From a virus (lineage: Duplodnaviria; Caudoviricetes), in IMG/VR virus record IMGVR_UViG_3300011989_000486, positions 4,313 through 68,312 of that record: a DNA stretch of 64,000 bases; one strand, written 5' to 3'. Positions 46,001 through 54,600 of the stretch are shown here, piece by piece (the first letter of the stretch is position 1; every line of letters begins with the position of its first letter). The notes beneath the pieces were generated by a model that worked only from the letters and a program-made list of their open reading frames with translations, was not told where the DNA came from and did no database searches. The translations under genes and the position numbers were made by a program.

Positions 46001-48205
46001 ATCTGAAAGCTTCGAGTTATTAAAGATACTGGCTAAGTCATCAGTAGTCTTAACGGTTTCCTGCGCATACTTGTCGGCATTGTCAAGAAGCTGTCGGTAC
46101 TTAGGCTGGTTAGCCAATCTCTGATAATTATCATAGGCAGTAAGGATACGTTCTTTAGCTGCCTGGGTCTCTTTAGAAGATGCTGTGATAGCGTTAGCTA
46201 TCTCGTCACGACTGTATTTACTGCCAAATAACTCTTCGTGATAATCACTCAGCCCTTTAACAGCCCTGAGTATATTGAACTTAGTAAGAGAGTCTTTGGT
46301 ATCACCAGCAGTGAATTTACCACCTGAAGGTTTCTTACCCTCAAGGGCATCAGAGATAATCTGCACATTGCGGTCAAAGGCTTCAAATTTGTCATCACCT
46401 TTTTCAGGTAAGACAAAACCTTTCATTGTTGAAGCAATATGCTTGGCTTCTTCATCAGACTGAACAGTCGGGTTAAAGTTTTTAATCTTGTCAAAGACTT
46501 CGCTAGTAGCAGCTTTAACATTAGCAGACTGTTTCTGCCCGTTATCATCAACGCTATCTTCAGCAGGCTGAGAAGCTCTGATGGCATCCACATCAGCAGC
46601 AGCGGTCTTAATACTATTAACCGCTTCAGCTTTATCCTTGGCTCTGAAATGAGCGCCAAGAGTGGAGTCATAGACACCTTTAGCTGCTCCAGCAACTGCA
46701 CCCAAACCAGCAGCACCAGCAGTTTTAAGAACAGAAGGAATTACTGCTTCAGCAGCAGATGCAGCCACTCCACCAACAGCAGTAGTAGCTTTGCCAACTA
46801 AGCCAGCAGCTTTAGCCAAGGCTGAATCTTTACCACCAGCCAGTAAAGCATGAGGACCGCCAGCAACGCCTGCACCAATGCCAGCAGCAATACCCTGCTG
46901 ACCCATCTGAGCGCCAACACCCTCCAGTAAATCTTGGTCGTTGTTGTAAGTATTACGGGCAGCTATGTTTGCACCAAACTGGTCTAAGCCTTCAGCAGAT
47001 TCCTGTGCGCCTTCACCAACGATGCTCTTAACACTGGATCTGGTGAACTGACCAGTAAGCGGCTTGGCTAAGACAGCCTTATCCATAAGCGTACCTGCTG
47101 CGGCAGCAATAGGTGCAGCCATAGCAGATGCTTCGTAGTAAGCCCTGTTAGCAACGTCTTCTTTGGCTTTAAGAGCAGCTTCTTCAGGAGGGAGACCTTG
47201 GTTAATGTAATCAGCTTTGAGCTGACGGAACAACTCACTGTTCTGTTCAAGGTCTTCCGTAGAGGTATTCATGGCTGCGTCATAAGCCTGCATACCTACA
47301 GAACCGCCTTCCTGAACAGCAATATTAGCTGGATAACTGCCTGCTACTTTCTCAAGAGTAGAGAGCTTAGTAGCTTCTTCACCTGTTTTACCCGCAGCAG
47401 CGGCAGCAGCCCTGGCTTTAATAGCTCCATTAGCTAAGCCAGCGGCTTTTTGAGCTAACTTAGTCTGCCAGCCCCAAGCAAAAGTAGAAGCCAAACCAGC
47501 GGCAGCATCTGTCATTAAAACGTTAGGATCAGTAAGTTCATTAGAAACACCTGAACCAAGGTCTTTAACAAAGCGTCTAAGATGCGCTTCGGTAGGACTC
47601 ATGCCATTAGCAATATCACGTTCTTCATCAGCTTTATGCTGCGTTTCATCTAACTGATTGCGTAATTGAACAATTCGCTGACCTTCTTGGACATTATCAG
47701 AAGTTAAAGCATCAGCAGCAGTTTGCAGACCATTAGTAAGAGTACTAAACCCTTTATTAAAAGCTTTACTAGCAGCGCCACCAGTAGCAGCATTAATAGC
47801 TAAAGTTACTGGGTTGTAATTAGCGGCAACATTGGCGGTACCTAATAAACTCTGTCCAACAGCGTTTAAAGCACCAACTGCGGTATCTCCTGCTATTTCT
47901 CCAGCAGTACGTTCATAATTCTGCTGTCCAATGAGTGAATTTTCTGAACCGCCCATTCTGCGTATAGCTGTGGCTACATTTTCATCACCATATTGCTGTT
48001 TTAATTCAGTAAGACTGGTTCCATTGACATTAGCGTCATACATAACCCGTTCATCAGGATTAAGTGCATCAGGGGTTTTCTGATCAATAGCAAGAGCTAC
48101 TTTCTCGCTATCAATATTATTAGGGTTAAAAGGACGACTATTTTGAGAAGTCTGAGACTGGTTCTGCTGAGCAGACTGTGCTGCCATTTCAAGCAATGAA
48201 GGCAT
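34055..48205 (-). CDS. Virion-encapsidated RNA polymerase (N4 gp50-like), 4716 aa
   Basis: FTKAGRIQ, motif A EADGTTNGP (D2306), motif B RTFMKDPVTKGGY (K2460), motif C IFDG (D2855); N4-type C-terminal region. Confidence 0.95.
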   Translation of the reverse strand: MPSLLEMAAQSAQQNQSQTSQNSRPFNPNNIDSEKVALAIDQKTPDALNPDERVMYDANVNGTSLTELKQQYGDENVATAIRRMGGSENSLIGQQNYERTAGEIAGDTAVGALNAVGQSLLGTANVAANYNPVTLAINAATGGAASKAFNKGFSTLTNGLQTAADALTSDNVQEGQRIVQLRNQLDETQHKADEERDIANGMSPTEAHLRRFVKDLGSGVSNELTDPNVLMTDAAAGLASTFAWGWQTKLAQKAAGLANGAIKARAAAAAAGKTGEEATKLSTLEKVAGSYPANIAVQEGGSVGMQAYDAAMNTSTEDLEQNSELFRQLKADYINQGLPPEEAALKAKEDVANRAYYEASAMAAPIAAAAGTLMDKAVLAKPLTGQFTRSSVKSIVGEGAQESAEGLDQFGANIAARNTYNNDQDLLEGVGAQMGQQGIAAGIGAGVAGGPHALLAGGKDSALAKAAGLVGKATTAVGGVAASAAEAVIPSVLKTAGAAGLGAVAGAAKGVYDSTLGAHFRAKDKAEAVNSIKTAAADVDAIRASQPAEDSVDDNGQKQSANVKAATSEVFDKIKNFNPTVQSDEEAKHIASTMKGFVLPEKGDDKFEAFDRNVQIISDALEGKKPSGGKFTAGDTKDSLTKFNILRAVKGLSDYHEELFGSKYSRDEIANAITASSKETQAAKERILTAYDNYQRLANQPKYRQLLDNADKYAQETVKTTDDLASIFNNSKLSDEEKEQQAGAVLDAYKHLIWRNQATPEQLSKAEELIKQYKENGQNKDQYDNLQKDIESTVLFQSRINHAEQKQQQINAEIAKDNKIINQKKGQKGRHKTLEQVAEEINSGFVGNDSNKVSMHSLVTKYNSAKTNEERSAVLYQTARFIQTLQNKLKKFGESKRDYTNRVEAFKLRTGRYPTKAEVAAKCIPYNAWNSKKQEFVKVEPGIYAGRIDLAKYIADEIDGFKVLYKAFLKQARDLGQGDCDINVDEYDSEADPFTSRDYIESEYASYINNRKESDEDEDEGKDYSPDDFELDDGEDDDTATPPSSSSKDEPKGESKEGSKEGTKAPESPENNIGSVSGPVHTDEEGAKGKEPESGSDTKAPQNGEESFELEDDEEGDEDSGSEDKDHGTISASDLAGESKEPDSNKGKEPAKQPETVKKQITVNTSKWNDKYKTAKKDLAKGRYLDDDEVNAVFAKNHCYLSVVSIKQMERYGRTKKAAHQLWFNISGNKLSKGIPEHFKTGLPVSPFPEEKYKLKEPLHVPGMKGKAATSVMGIVFGLQCTKDHPKGNPELFNASKEDLLAYRKSLADKDKDFVTGYLYNGKVISEKDARLKIFREAYREFLNVSSDASTFIDNLADNLNEHASINLVDWNTGTYDKDSYIYNGKTYNQHFSYGTVIREVLAERMLKAGDPKETDEEYAQWLMEHQEEEPEDTPETEGNDDDTAAIKLPKPDDDEGFTTFLTLASDLAKQGKYNDKVSRALTDLQQDLLKDVRNAENEEAGDKAFEKLTKVLEVQEAQEIQYVPAITSDLISEISNDLGLSPDKKIERLNALRKILTTNQKSVDPFAGDSGDRYLHITDDKNGYPALLRQIDLAQVSAETSNNTFVSDSQSALNAVDAGKSSITKALDSVTHKLMSLDKQLNKLVGKTDEKSTKDSLEYIRQRAEIEASGKEFLKTHKQDETLSSMADSGNVVINTLRKSRRVLFGFQKESFKSKGQLLNAIYSSIFKANPGTKDLSRSDAIRLLKALDTTNKNSDFNKIKNCINALLEGTINEGYKAPFRTSDNASPFYEIAAKNRITFKEALKVLLDSAKTGTEISNSEMSQLLRAFPVLAFCDIDTSAKEPKLVIDEDVAMNLFLNGMAHFNHTFANTGNWDRLAQSLDMDEYELRHDYIDSNGNNQGMALLEQLSQGSTETQLYNSLIGDIHKSMGLRFSNEVEYATAQQVENLMADVLVGGLQDANIIESHDFDAIGNGITVWSVTYDRSALNSALFNPTQRLENTAGLDYLLQNENADNIGRVSYVGSEFEPSDPPKYILHTQLATTEKQRHAAQEYEKIPFMCDTGLYAIINIGLGEDGVVSVLGEDTHDAEHMDPDDRASKESVNLSIRTAMRQCQVWYQQIANEAIAQGVPVSQIAKHFKIGFTKAGRIQELEACGPVTSKVTREIFLPTWNTFSMSDAKAKDDLARAIIQNMGGHLNKKDFEKTSAAFNALVRDMLASPARYTNVMALATKPASTTAESLQNAFKELNDFFTTDGKEEFGENGIDLSKVDKSFMGLHAMETLARYVKAIQENQTEFTTSIYCEADGTTNGPINAQYLYTVQLVDDGKTLISLLDKGNQRLGDYSGNPAGISKDGLTDGNRDLYELVGKLASDAMNSQFSTEGNGWYNRNNHIVTYKDPSSSDNSYIVKPFRDAPEYVRKNPFKDPLNFLGALSDLFRLSGMTKDAISELQEKISRTFMKDPVTKGGYYAGLRSICTGLLVGSRNCNGIINDMHQKATAVRRALAKYEGKFDEMPEGEELDLICAKAMFGSLKGTEEWSDKDYLDNLNAYMAALQMLMQTELVVRQGETKDDPPTLQVKGRYAGHDYGAMTYPCKCKGKNTRAFKKFSIASFMSPDMRTAYMAKQLKDNDEAAKDAELNETANKEEKKARVWTVAPLGFSLKDPFAQHLVDAIETVYGKPIYNAMREVVRGDGVAKTQNTIRTFSSLVTTLINLAGIQYRHEFDPYTETTGSAKKRLGEPNSKDNPLSNRVDFETGVLPLAPSSKTSKQVDAGGSLNNPEHFARYTHYSEDNNVNKIKYRGKHLKEIQFNTLDNPGVAIIPLLTILTGDASMMTNALTDPEFMKKLHYAVTLIFDGLNAAVGQLQEAGESINEIQWRTNQTNNLISFQEKLKAIQQYFATEQGKTLLKNITSNMVNVLKMEKQNLSDFVKNETPVNALTNSYLQLRAAEWNDKVASLSDSENEDAINELFADRAAKIKDFVEKDPNRYVYYENDCFNSNQADIFHVKQAVKKIVFQRFCTLVGDGNYYDGFAKLFKDKKIDPSSFTINFGRNKGSYPEGYQSTDEVKDQYITELKEYLNLMSNMTTEITQSKPDENNHIDITYDADTYKTVDQLTAQDIQELLFSNFNNLTQNMGECARNISYIQAAKWLMGGTFDHMASNDKPFVFNPIEHQAEFHDMLTSLNLKMSGRFTEEALWKTVFNKPHCPYQRLCEITEIIKKDPVAVNDPEIQAARGKVLKELLELVQKRCEYVEPETTQGLEYLHQEQADNKNVKEYSAQKILNLGSNDDRNHVSRMLSTFFHDFKVKGLNDKTKVKVITGSTYGKAKQAFAKVVAEDFGHDFKKEGLNALPSEIQATYMQMGKPGHENDPVEFYSPNTNCIYIVPTSGAAAVSAREERILAEQVIPHEIMHALAWSTLKHYLDKFEGITDKNQLTDDNDKVAFATVNRIKRLKQLVDNELPSSISKSCGDTMPELYSYISQGHRGNESNGALQEFLACFGTMSNAELKRLKNVLTDNAKLNRELDNLVSETKTSASKIGRIIESLKNLLMDFFGRLFGTDRRNLMIRDLVQANVALTNTLYIEEKNNKTAKSTETAEQSVDENTEAGVQSEIDFGFFTRTNHAKFSEPSDSETNGPLTDLYNNLDTLVQKRFQYFDTDTLKKNIDIGNKFAKYSSNALTRFYKPIHNLGYKTGEPKEFAQTVAMLSFFKDIKAPFYVDVARAAAHVIGELTPEQFVTAPKGSVDASSQLKRAENLCKMLQGFRNRKAKFNPSEATAVIFALAQTDPEFKRVLSNMEKRNTHNTRGYLSIDKAFDSAIRGMRNWFTDIRKQPNKYSKNYDEALTRLLGELESCSRSYDKTSYLERFRDNAELAVSSKINEALMKVTHASNTDELNAAIEAEANTLNNSVHNMKAMPHVAKELLNDTIGRTKETHKTQALITKIKITLDQNRQEAIDLLPGQIKKRFKVPLSKKTWEKLTVAVGKTGLSTLMKGNPAKLGLLLIDDNVFYEEMNQLKTVITDKYRQAKCKQLAEYMMTGKVGKFLLRNPMAIAAGFTPDGSLYAPTREEFNACDQLTSMYAVQMLSKSDRYKLAELLDKEPDGMKYLLGTAEKQYRDGIDKAQNYNRGNYNWIKGSTFSIMKDDGHFKVAPLTDKDAMEAQGYTLIDQYHGSNMDFASLGVYYSKLDTSSALNAGGLTYVGTTCNGINAFSGVSLAPNAGVITNSNTIDKILTAMSEGREYATNEEELIPIFGSNGDVIAFERSLNPDLLNNNEYLNPVKDYAQLLARQAGRNEEESLAENLNNELVNRLADFWDEANKPDSTLDAEPKDFVNIFDIKDPTVKAMVDLMPRKLIKSISKAYGGPNKFMVLRSQVNDVIGYHSISITDMWTGETRLNPAVTNAIAHCAEAVFGKKAFARLKRVENITQDLVKMAKNSIIIRSINVPVSNMGANYLQLAMEGVPVSSMFRYTKDVLHELDKYLKIRSDLLQVKTELGSMYIGSRDRAQLESRKRLLENAIDGLSISYLIKQKEFSSIADLGNDVRDIASGKMSLDDKIMEKLDSLSNNEIVKSFVHYGMVAPDTSLYKFLEKMNQYGDFLGKAILFKDLTERQHKSQEDAHYTVSEEFVDYVRLPGRTRDFAERIGLIWFSNFKLRMMKVALRMLREKPLATLAFATGGLNSPLVDSLFGKLGVLGYSIGPGMLSSIFTANPWVKLFGLL

Positions 48206-48287
48206 AGTAGTATCCTATGAAAAGTAGTGGTAGTAAAATAAAAATACTGCCTAGTAATATTTATGATAAGGCAGCATTTGTTAGGCT

Positions 48288-50123
48288 TTATTTAGTATTG
48301 TAGTCCTGCAAAATCTTTTGCATCTGTCCTGCAAATTGGTCTACAGCATTTACATAAATATCTGCGCCTTTGTCGTAAGTATGAGTATACCAATCAGCTA
48401 ATGAATCAAACCCATAATGTTTAGGATCGGCTCCTGCTTTAATTTGTTTATCAACGTTATACAACCATTCATGATACCGATCTGATTGAGCCTGTAATTG
48501 ATTAATCTGTTGTAAAGCTTGGTTATAAGTATTTTGGGCCGTAATTAACCCCATTGCATCGTTTACAGCTTGGTTAAGCGGACCACCTTTTAATTTCGTA
48601 ATTTCATGAAGAATATTCGTAACTTTAGCATCAATAATTGTATTGTTATCAGAGATATTACTATCATTACGAATCCAGTTTCGCAAATCATGTAATCCAG
48701 TAGTTGTAGTTATTGAATACATAATAGCTTCAGCAGCTAATGCAGGAGGCATACCTCCTTGAGTTTGAGAAATGTTGTAAATTGCTTCACTTAAACGATT
48801 AACAGCGGTTGCACTGTCTTCTTCTTCTTTAATTCCTAATTTATCAACAATTTCTTTAGCCATAGTAGGAATATCAGTATCCTGCAAAACATGTTTTGCA
48901 ATATTCAAGACACCACCAGAGCCACCAACAGCACTCATTCCACGACCTAACGTTTCTTTGGCTTCAATTAAACGTTCATTAAGAATTTGCTGATGAGATT
49001 GAATTTGCCCAACAGAAACAGTCGGCTGGAATCTAGCTTCTGGTGTCCAATTATTAGATCTCTTAGCAATGGCGTCTTTTATGCCATACAAATCAGTAAC
49101 TAATGGATCTTGCTGTTTTTCAATTGCTTCCGGTGAATTTCCTGCTTTAGTAAGTTCAGTCTGCTTTCCAGATTGATTTGAATTTCCAGTTTTCTGGTTA
49201 GTAAGTTGCTGTTGAGCATTTGCTAAAGCAGTTTTAGTTTGCTGAATTTGTTTATATTGCTCAGGAGTAACATAAGTAGGCTGAATGGCATTACCATTAG
49301 CATCTCTTGCCTTATATTCAGGATTAGGCATTCCATTAGGTAACCACTGAGGATTACCATTAGGGTCTATAGCGATATTACCATTACCTTTAGCACCAGC
49401 AGGCATAAATGTTAAATTAGCTTTATCTAGTGCTCTGTTTTGCCAATCAGCATCTGAAATGTTATGTGATTCTTTATAATTTTGAGCAATACTATCACCT
49501 GCATATCCAGACCCAGCTAAAGCAACAGCTGTCGCGCCTATAAGTCCTAAAGCACCAGGGAGTGCTTTTATTCCAGTGCCAGATTTTAAAAGTTCTGGAC
49601 CGTATTTAGTAGCAAGACTACCTAATACACCACCACCAGTGGCTGCACCAAATAAAGCTCCACCATTTCCTGTATCTGAACCAGATGAAGGCTGTTGTGG
49701 TTGAGCTGGAGCAGATGATACAGGTGCAGCAGCATTTGTCTGATTAGCAGCATTTGAAGTAGCTTGCGCTGCATTATCAGTAAGTGCAGTTGGGGTAGGC
49801 TGAATACCTAATGAGTACCCAGTTTCAGTATCAAGACCATACCTAGAACTTTTATCAGCAGATTCATCTGGCACTGCTGCTGTTAAGGCTGACTCTTGAG
49901 GGTCTATTGGAATCTCAGGCGGAGGAAGAATTACAGCAGGCTGATTATTAGCTCCACCATTAGTATTTTTAGTATTACGTTGAGCCTGCGCTGCTTTAGC
50001 TTTTGACCAAGCTTGATAAAAAGGATCTGGTTCTTGAGGAGTAACGCTTTGAGATTTACTTACAGCAACTCCGTCAGGAGTACGTATAACATTAATAAAA
50101 TCTTCTGTGCTTTGGTTGGCCAT
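48288..50123 (-). CDS. Internal virion/ejection protein (N4 gp51-like)
   Basis: 611 aa Ala/Gln/Asn-rich, no Cys seen, directly upstream of vRNAP. Confidence 0.65.
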   Translation of the reverse strand: MANQSTEDFINVIRTPDGVAVSKSQSVTPQEPDPFYQAWSKAKAAQAQRNTKNTNGGANNQPAVILPPPEIPIDPQESALTAAVPDESADKSSRYGLDTETGYSLGIQPTPTALTDNAAQATSNAANQTNAAAPVSSAPAQPQQPSSGSDTGNGGALFGAATGGGVLGSLATKYGPELLKSGTGIKALPGALGLIGATAVALAGSGYAGDSIAQNYKESHNISDADWQNRALDKANLTFMPAGAKGNGNIAIDPNGNPQWLPNGMPNPEYKARDANGNAIQPTYVTPEQYKQIQQTKTALANAQQQLTNQKTGNSNQSGKQTELTKAGNSPEAIEKQQDPLVTDLYGIKDAIAKRSNNWTPEARFQPTVSVGQIQSHQQILNERLIEAKETLGRGMSAVGGSGGVLNIAKHVLQDTDIPTMAKEIVDKLGIKEEEDSATAVNRLSEAIYNISQTQGGMPPALAAEAIMYSITTTTGLHDLRNWIRNDSNISDNNTIIDAKVTNILHEITKLKGGPLNQAVNDAMGLITAQNTYNQALQQINQLQAQSDRYHEWLYNVDKQIKAGADPKHYGFDSLADWYTHTYDKGADIYVNAVDQFAGQMQKILQDYNTK

Positions 50124-50131
50124 ATTAGTTC

Positions 50132-51052
50132 CTAGTAATTAAAGGATTTTGAGTTTGGATTTGCATTTTGTAAAGCGGAACTACTTGTAACTCCTTGAGG
50201 TGTTCCAGAATCTGCACTGGCATAAGCAGCTTCAACAGTTCCTGGATAACCATAGACAGTCATAGCAGGGCTATTCAATAAACGTTGTTTTAATCCATAC
50301 ATGTGTTCTACATATCTTGGGTCAACTTGTGGTAAAAATTTAATGGCTTGCTCTAATGTAGTAGCACCCATAGCGGCATTTATCATATCTTTTGTAACGC
50401 CAGGAGTATTACCAATTACTTGAGATAACGTTAATAGATAATCTGTTTGAGCAGCTTGATCGAGACGTTCTGCCTGCCATCTAGCCATCGCAGCATTAGT
50501 GGCAGCATTCTGAGCAGCAATTTGTTTTTTCTGTAAATCTACAGCAGAAGCATCACCTTCATAGAGTTTCCATGCCCCTATAGTAGGCATAGCACCTTCT
50601 TGTCCTAGACGAGTAAGCTGATCTAATTCCCCTTTAACATTGCCTGACGCAACATTTCTACGATGCTCAAGAATGTCTGCTTGATGCTGTTTAAAATAGT
50701 CATTAGTAAGCTCAGCTTGATTTTGGTTGTAGTTATCCACTCTGTTTTTAGTGATATTAGCAAGAGTATTTTGAGTATTGTTAAGAGCTGATGCACTAAC
50801 ATTACTTAAATCAATTTTGCCTTGAGATAAAGCATTTGCAAGTCCTTGCGGGTCATTTGAATAACGATTTAAGTCTGCTGCATAGCGTGCATCAGCGTTC
50901 TCTTGCACCATTTCACGCCCAACGATCGGAAGAGCAACAAGCATATTTCCAGCTTGCTGTGCATTCTTAAAAGCATCACTCATGGCATTTAAGGAGGAAC
51001 CAAAGTCAGGCTTGATTACCTCCATGCCTGAAGAACCTATTGAATACGGCAT
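50132..51052 (-). CDS. Internal virion protein
   Basis: 306 aa Ala/Gln/Asn-rich, in ejection cluster. Confidence 0.6.
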   Translation of the reverse strand: MPYSIGSSGMEVIKPDFGSSLNAMSDAFKNAQQAGNMLVALPIVGREMVQENADARYAADLNRYSNDPQGLANALSQGKIDLSNVSASALNNTQNTLANITKNRVDNYNQNQAELTNDYFKQHQADILEHRRNVASGNVKGELDQLTRLGQEGAMPTIGAWKLYEGDASAVDLQKKQIAAQNAATNAAMARWQAERLDQAAQTDYLLTLSQVIGNTPGVTKDMINAAMGATTLEQAIKFLPQVDPRYVEHMYGLKQRLLNSPAMTVYGYPGTVEAAYASADSGTPQGVTSSSALQNANPNSKSFNY

Positions 51053-51054
51053 AA

Positions 51055-51660
51055 TTACTCCTCCTTACGGTACGGGTTGTTGGCATTGGCGCTGCGCTGA
51101 TAGTTGAGATACCCAGAGCCAGCATTGCCTGTCTCACCTCTGCGGAAACTGTTAGCAGCGATCTCATCGTCATAGGCGGTAGAGTCACCAGTCTCAAAGG
51201 CTGCTCTGGCTCTGAGCCTGTCAGCAAGCGCTGTGTTGTACTGTTTGAAGTTAGCATTCATGGTCTCATTAGCTAATGATTTCTGGAAGTTCAAAGCATC
51301 TCTAGCCATAGCTATCTGTTTGTTAGCGTTCTTAATGGCGTTAATAGAGTTAATACCACCCAGTATCAAACCGCCTGTACCAAGCAGGTTTGAATACATG
51401 TTTGAGCCAAAGAATCCTTTATCCCAGTCATTCCCTTTATTGATACTGTCAGCAATATTGAAGCCAGTGCCTGTGTCATTAGGGGTAAGCTTGCCACTCT
51501 GTACTAAGTCAGAGAACCCATCAAGGTCTTGCCTGTAGCTGCCAAAGCTGCCATTGAAATCAGCAGGTATTTTTAAGCCAACAGACGAGCCGTTATTAGT
51601 AGCTATCGTTGGCATTGCCTGCTGTATAGGTTTATAAGTAGGACCGTCTAATGAAGCCAT
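51055..51660 (-). CDS. Virion protein (N4 gp52-like)
   Basis: LLGTGGLILGGINS glycine-rich helix then QIAMARDAL; synteny. Confidence 0.65.
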   Translation of the reverse strand: MASLDGPTYKPIQQAMPTIATNNGSSVGLKIPADFNGSFGSYRQDLDGFSDLVQSGKLTPNDTGTGFNIADSINKGNDWDKGFFGSNMYSNLLGTGGLILGGINSINAIKNANKQIAMARDALNFQKSLANETMNANFKQYNTALADRLRARAAFETGDSTAYDDEIAANSFRRGETGNAGSGYLNYQRSANANNPYRKEE

Positions 51661-51669
51661 TTCATTCTC

Positions 51670-54600
51670 CTAGGCTGGTAAAGCCATACTGTTGGTTATG
51701 TCTGGGAAGTTGTCTATGTAGGCGCGATTAAGCGAATAGAAATCCAGACCCATGTGAACTGAGAAGTACGTGTCTGGAGACTCAACCAGCAAAGGATAAG
51801 ACTGAGATTGCTGGGAAGCCGGAGTGTACGAACTTTTTTTAATTATATCAGTGAGCCAAGAGTTTTCTGTCCAACTCATAAGCTTGTATTGAATAGCGTC
51901 ACTGGTATTTTGGTACTCTTCTATTTGTTTACGTGTTGCTTCGGTATCTTTCTGCAAGTCGTTATATTTATCCTGAATCTTGAGAGATGCATACTGATTA
52001 AATTTGTTAAGAGTAACGTCTCCCAATCTCAGGTAACCGTCAAAGGTATTCATCGCTGACCAAGTCATTTGGTAATTAGTAAAGCTTCCCCAACTGGAGA
52101 AGTCAGCATTACCTATATACCAAGATGCAGCTATAGAGCCAATGGCTCCAATGATGAAACCTAACTCTCCTCCGATAAACTTATTAGCTACATAAGTGAT
52201 GAGTTTAGTGATGAGTAATACCGCTATGGCTTTGAGCGCCATAGTGATCATGGTAGCTATGACAGCCGTGCACAAAGCTCCAGCTCCAATAGCGCTTGCC
52301 ACACCTGCTGCAACAGTACCTATGACACCTGATGCAGAAGCTGCTGCTGCACCTCCTGTATAAACAGACACAACTACGACTACTGCTATAGCGACAATTT
52401 GAACAAGTACTTTGATAAAACCACGTTGATACCACTTAATTTTGACGACTTTTTTCACATAGGTACTGGCAACAATGTTATGGCAAACTTGAAGCAAGTC
52501 AGTCTGCCTATACCAGCTCATAGATTCCAGAGCACCTTTGGCTATAGGAATAATGATTGGAGACAAGCCATTGTTCTTTGGATCAATGTCATCTATGGCA
52601 TCTTTAGTCCAATTTTTTAACAGGGAGTTTTTAAGGTAGTACCTGGTTCCCATGCCACGGATGTAATGACCCATGACAAAGTTCGTCAGGTAAATACGCT
52701 CATAGAGACCATCAGAAATACGGTAGAACAACGTTAAAGAAGTAGTACCTGATTTATTGTCTACTACAGTAAACTGGTTTTTCTTCATCAGTTCTTTATA
52801 CTGCGCATCTGTCAGTGAAGGATAATCTTCACGCGCATGAGAGAACGAGTAATCTGTAGAGACCGTAGAGTACGAACCAGTACGCAGGATATTTCCGTCA
52901 TTGAAGTCACCTTTGTGCTGGTATGAGGTCATATCCTTGTCTTCTGAACCAAGGACTACATACCGTGCATAACCATGTATCTTGCAAGGTACAGGAGGTT
53001 TGCCAGATAAAATCTGATAGCGCAGGTAGAAGTTGTAATCAAACTGGAAATCTGTATCCAAAGCAGCACCATGACGTGCAGTCATAGCAAATCTAAAGTT
53101 CTTACCGCTGGGAGCCATGCCGCCAAAGTTGACAGCTATCCATTTGAAAAAGTGATAAAAGTACTCGTTAGTAAAATCCAGATCTACATTTATTGGTACA
53201 GAAGGCAGGTAATAAATCATCTTAGGCGAGTCTTCTTGGCTACTTGATCCGCCTTTTCCAAAATTGTGTAGTGCCTTAATTGCATTTTCAAATTTATCTT
53301 CTTCAGAATTATTCTCACTAAAGCTGTCTACAAGGTCATCCCAGCGATTAAGAGATTTCTTGGATAACTTCCTGTAGAGCTTGCGCTCAGCGTCATACAC
53401 GTCCCCAAAATTCTTTTTGCTGGAGAACTTGTCCCAGCACTTGATGGGCATCATCGGGGCAAATGACTCGGTAAAAGTCTCTGTGTTATCCAGAATGGCG
53501 TCTAACTGAGGATTGCCTGAGCCATAGGTATAGTTTTCATTATGAGTGACTTCATCTTCTTCAAGAACTTCTGTATTTGAGTCACAATGAGTAGCACCTT
53601 CAAGTTCTTCAGTTTTAACCAGCACATCATCACGATAGGTTTCAATGACTGAATACTCAGTACTAATTTCATCAGTGATTTGAGTCTTACTGTGATGAAC
53701 CTGAACCTGAGCAAACAAGATTTTGTCTGAAACGGTTTGCTCTTCTTTGCTGGTAACGATAGAAGCTTTGCCTATGAGCCAAGTGCCATGAGATACAGCC
53801 TTGGTTAATACAGTTACTGGATCAGGCTGAGTTACAGTACCGTCTTCATTGGTGATTGGGTCAGGTGTGATAGTCTCATAAGTCCTGTCAGTGTAGGCAG
53901 ATATCATGATGGCTACATTGACAGTCTGAGTACGCGAGACGTTAGCGTTAAGGTCTAAAGCAGTGATTGGGTCTTGGATATACTTAGGAGTATTCTCCCC
54001 AGCCAAGGCAATCATGTTATTGGCTTCACGTTTGAAGATCTCAGTAGCTGTGATGTCCTCTGGGTCAACCACAATAGTGCCGTCTTCCTGCGGCACTTCA
54101 TGAGTCTCAATCAAGCCTTCAGTAGTTAGCGCATCGGCACAGCACAGATACACAGTGCCCTCAATATCAGGCGCAGTATCGTCATCAGCGTTAAGCATGA
54201 TGAGGTTGATTGGCTTTTCTGTCTGAGTGACGGCTGTAATCTCAGTGTCAGTTCCTGAACCAACGCCAAAGGCTTCATCAAACATCTGAGTGTTGGCGGC
54301 ATCTGCTTCTTCTGCGGTCTTTGTAGAGTTATCCAGTACCTGCTGCAATTGCTTAAAGGCCATATTGGAGCCTTGGTAGTAGATATTTACCTGGAAGCTG
54401 CGAAGATCGCTGAGAGTAGTCTTGGTATGAGTCCTGGTTCGGGTAAACCTTTTTACTACACAGTGAGTGTAGCCTTCATACCAAGATTCAACCTGTGGCT
54501 CGGTCTCAGATGAGACTACTGGTTCAGTCTCAACTGTTCTGTAGCTGGACGGATACAGATTTTCCCCAAGATACTTGGTATAAGCAGTGCTGTTAGAGAA

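Noticed and set aside
34055-48205. Intein or intron explaining vRNAP size
   Set aside because: No C...HN(C/S/T) splice junctions or LAGLIDADG/HNH motifs recognised; the frame is continuous.
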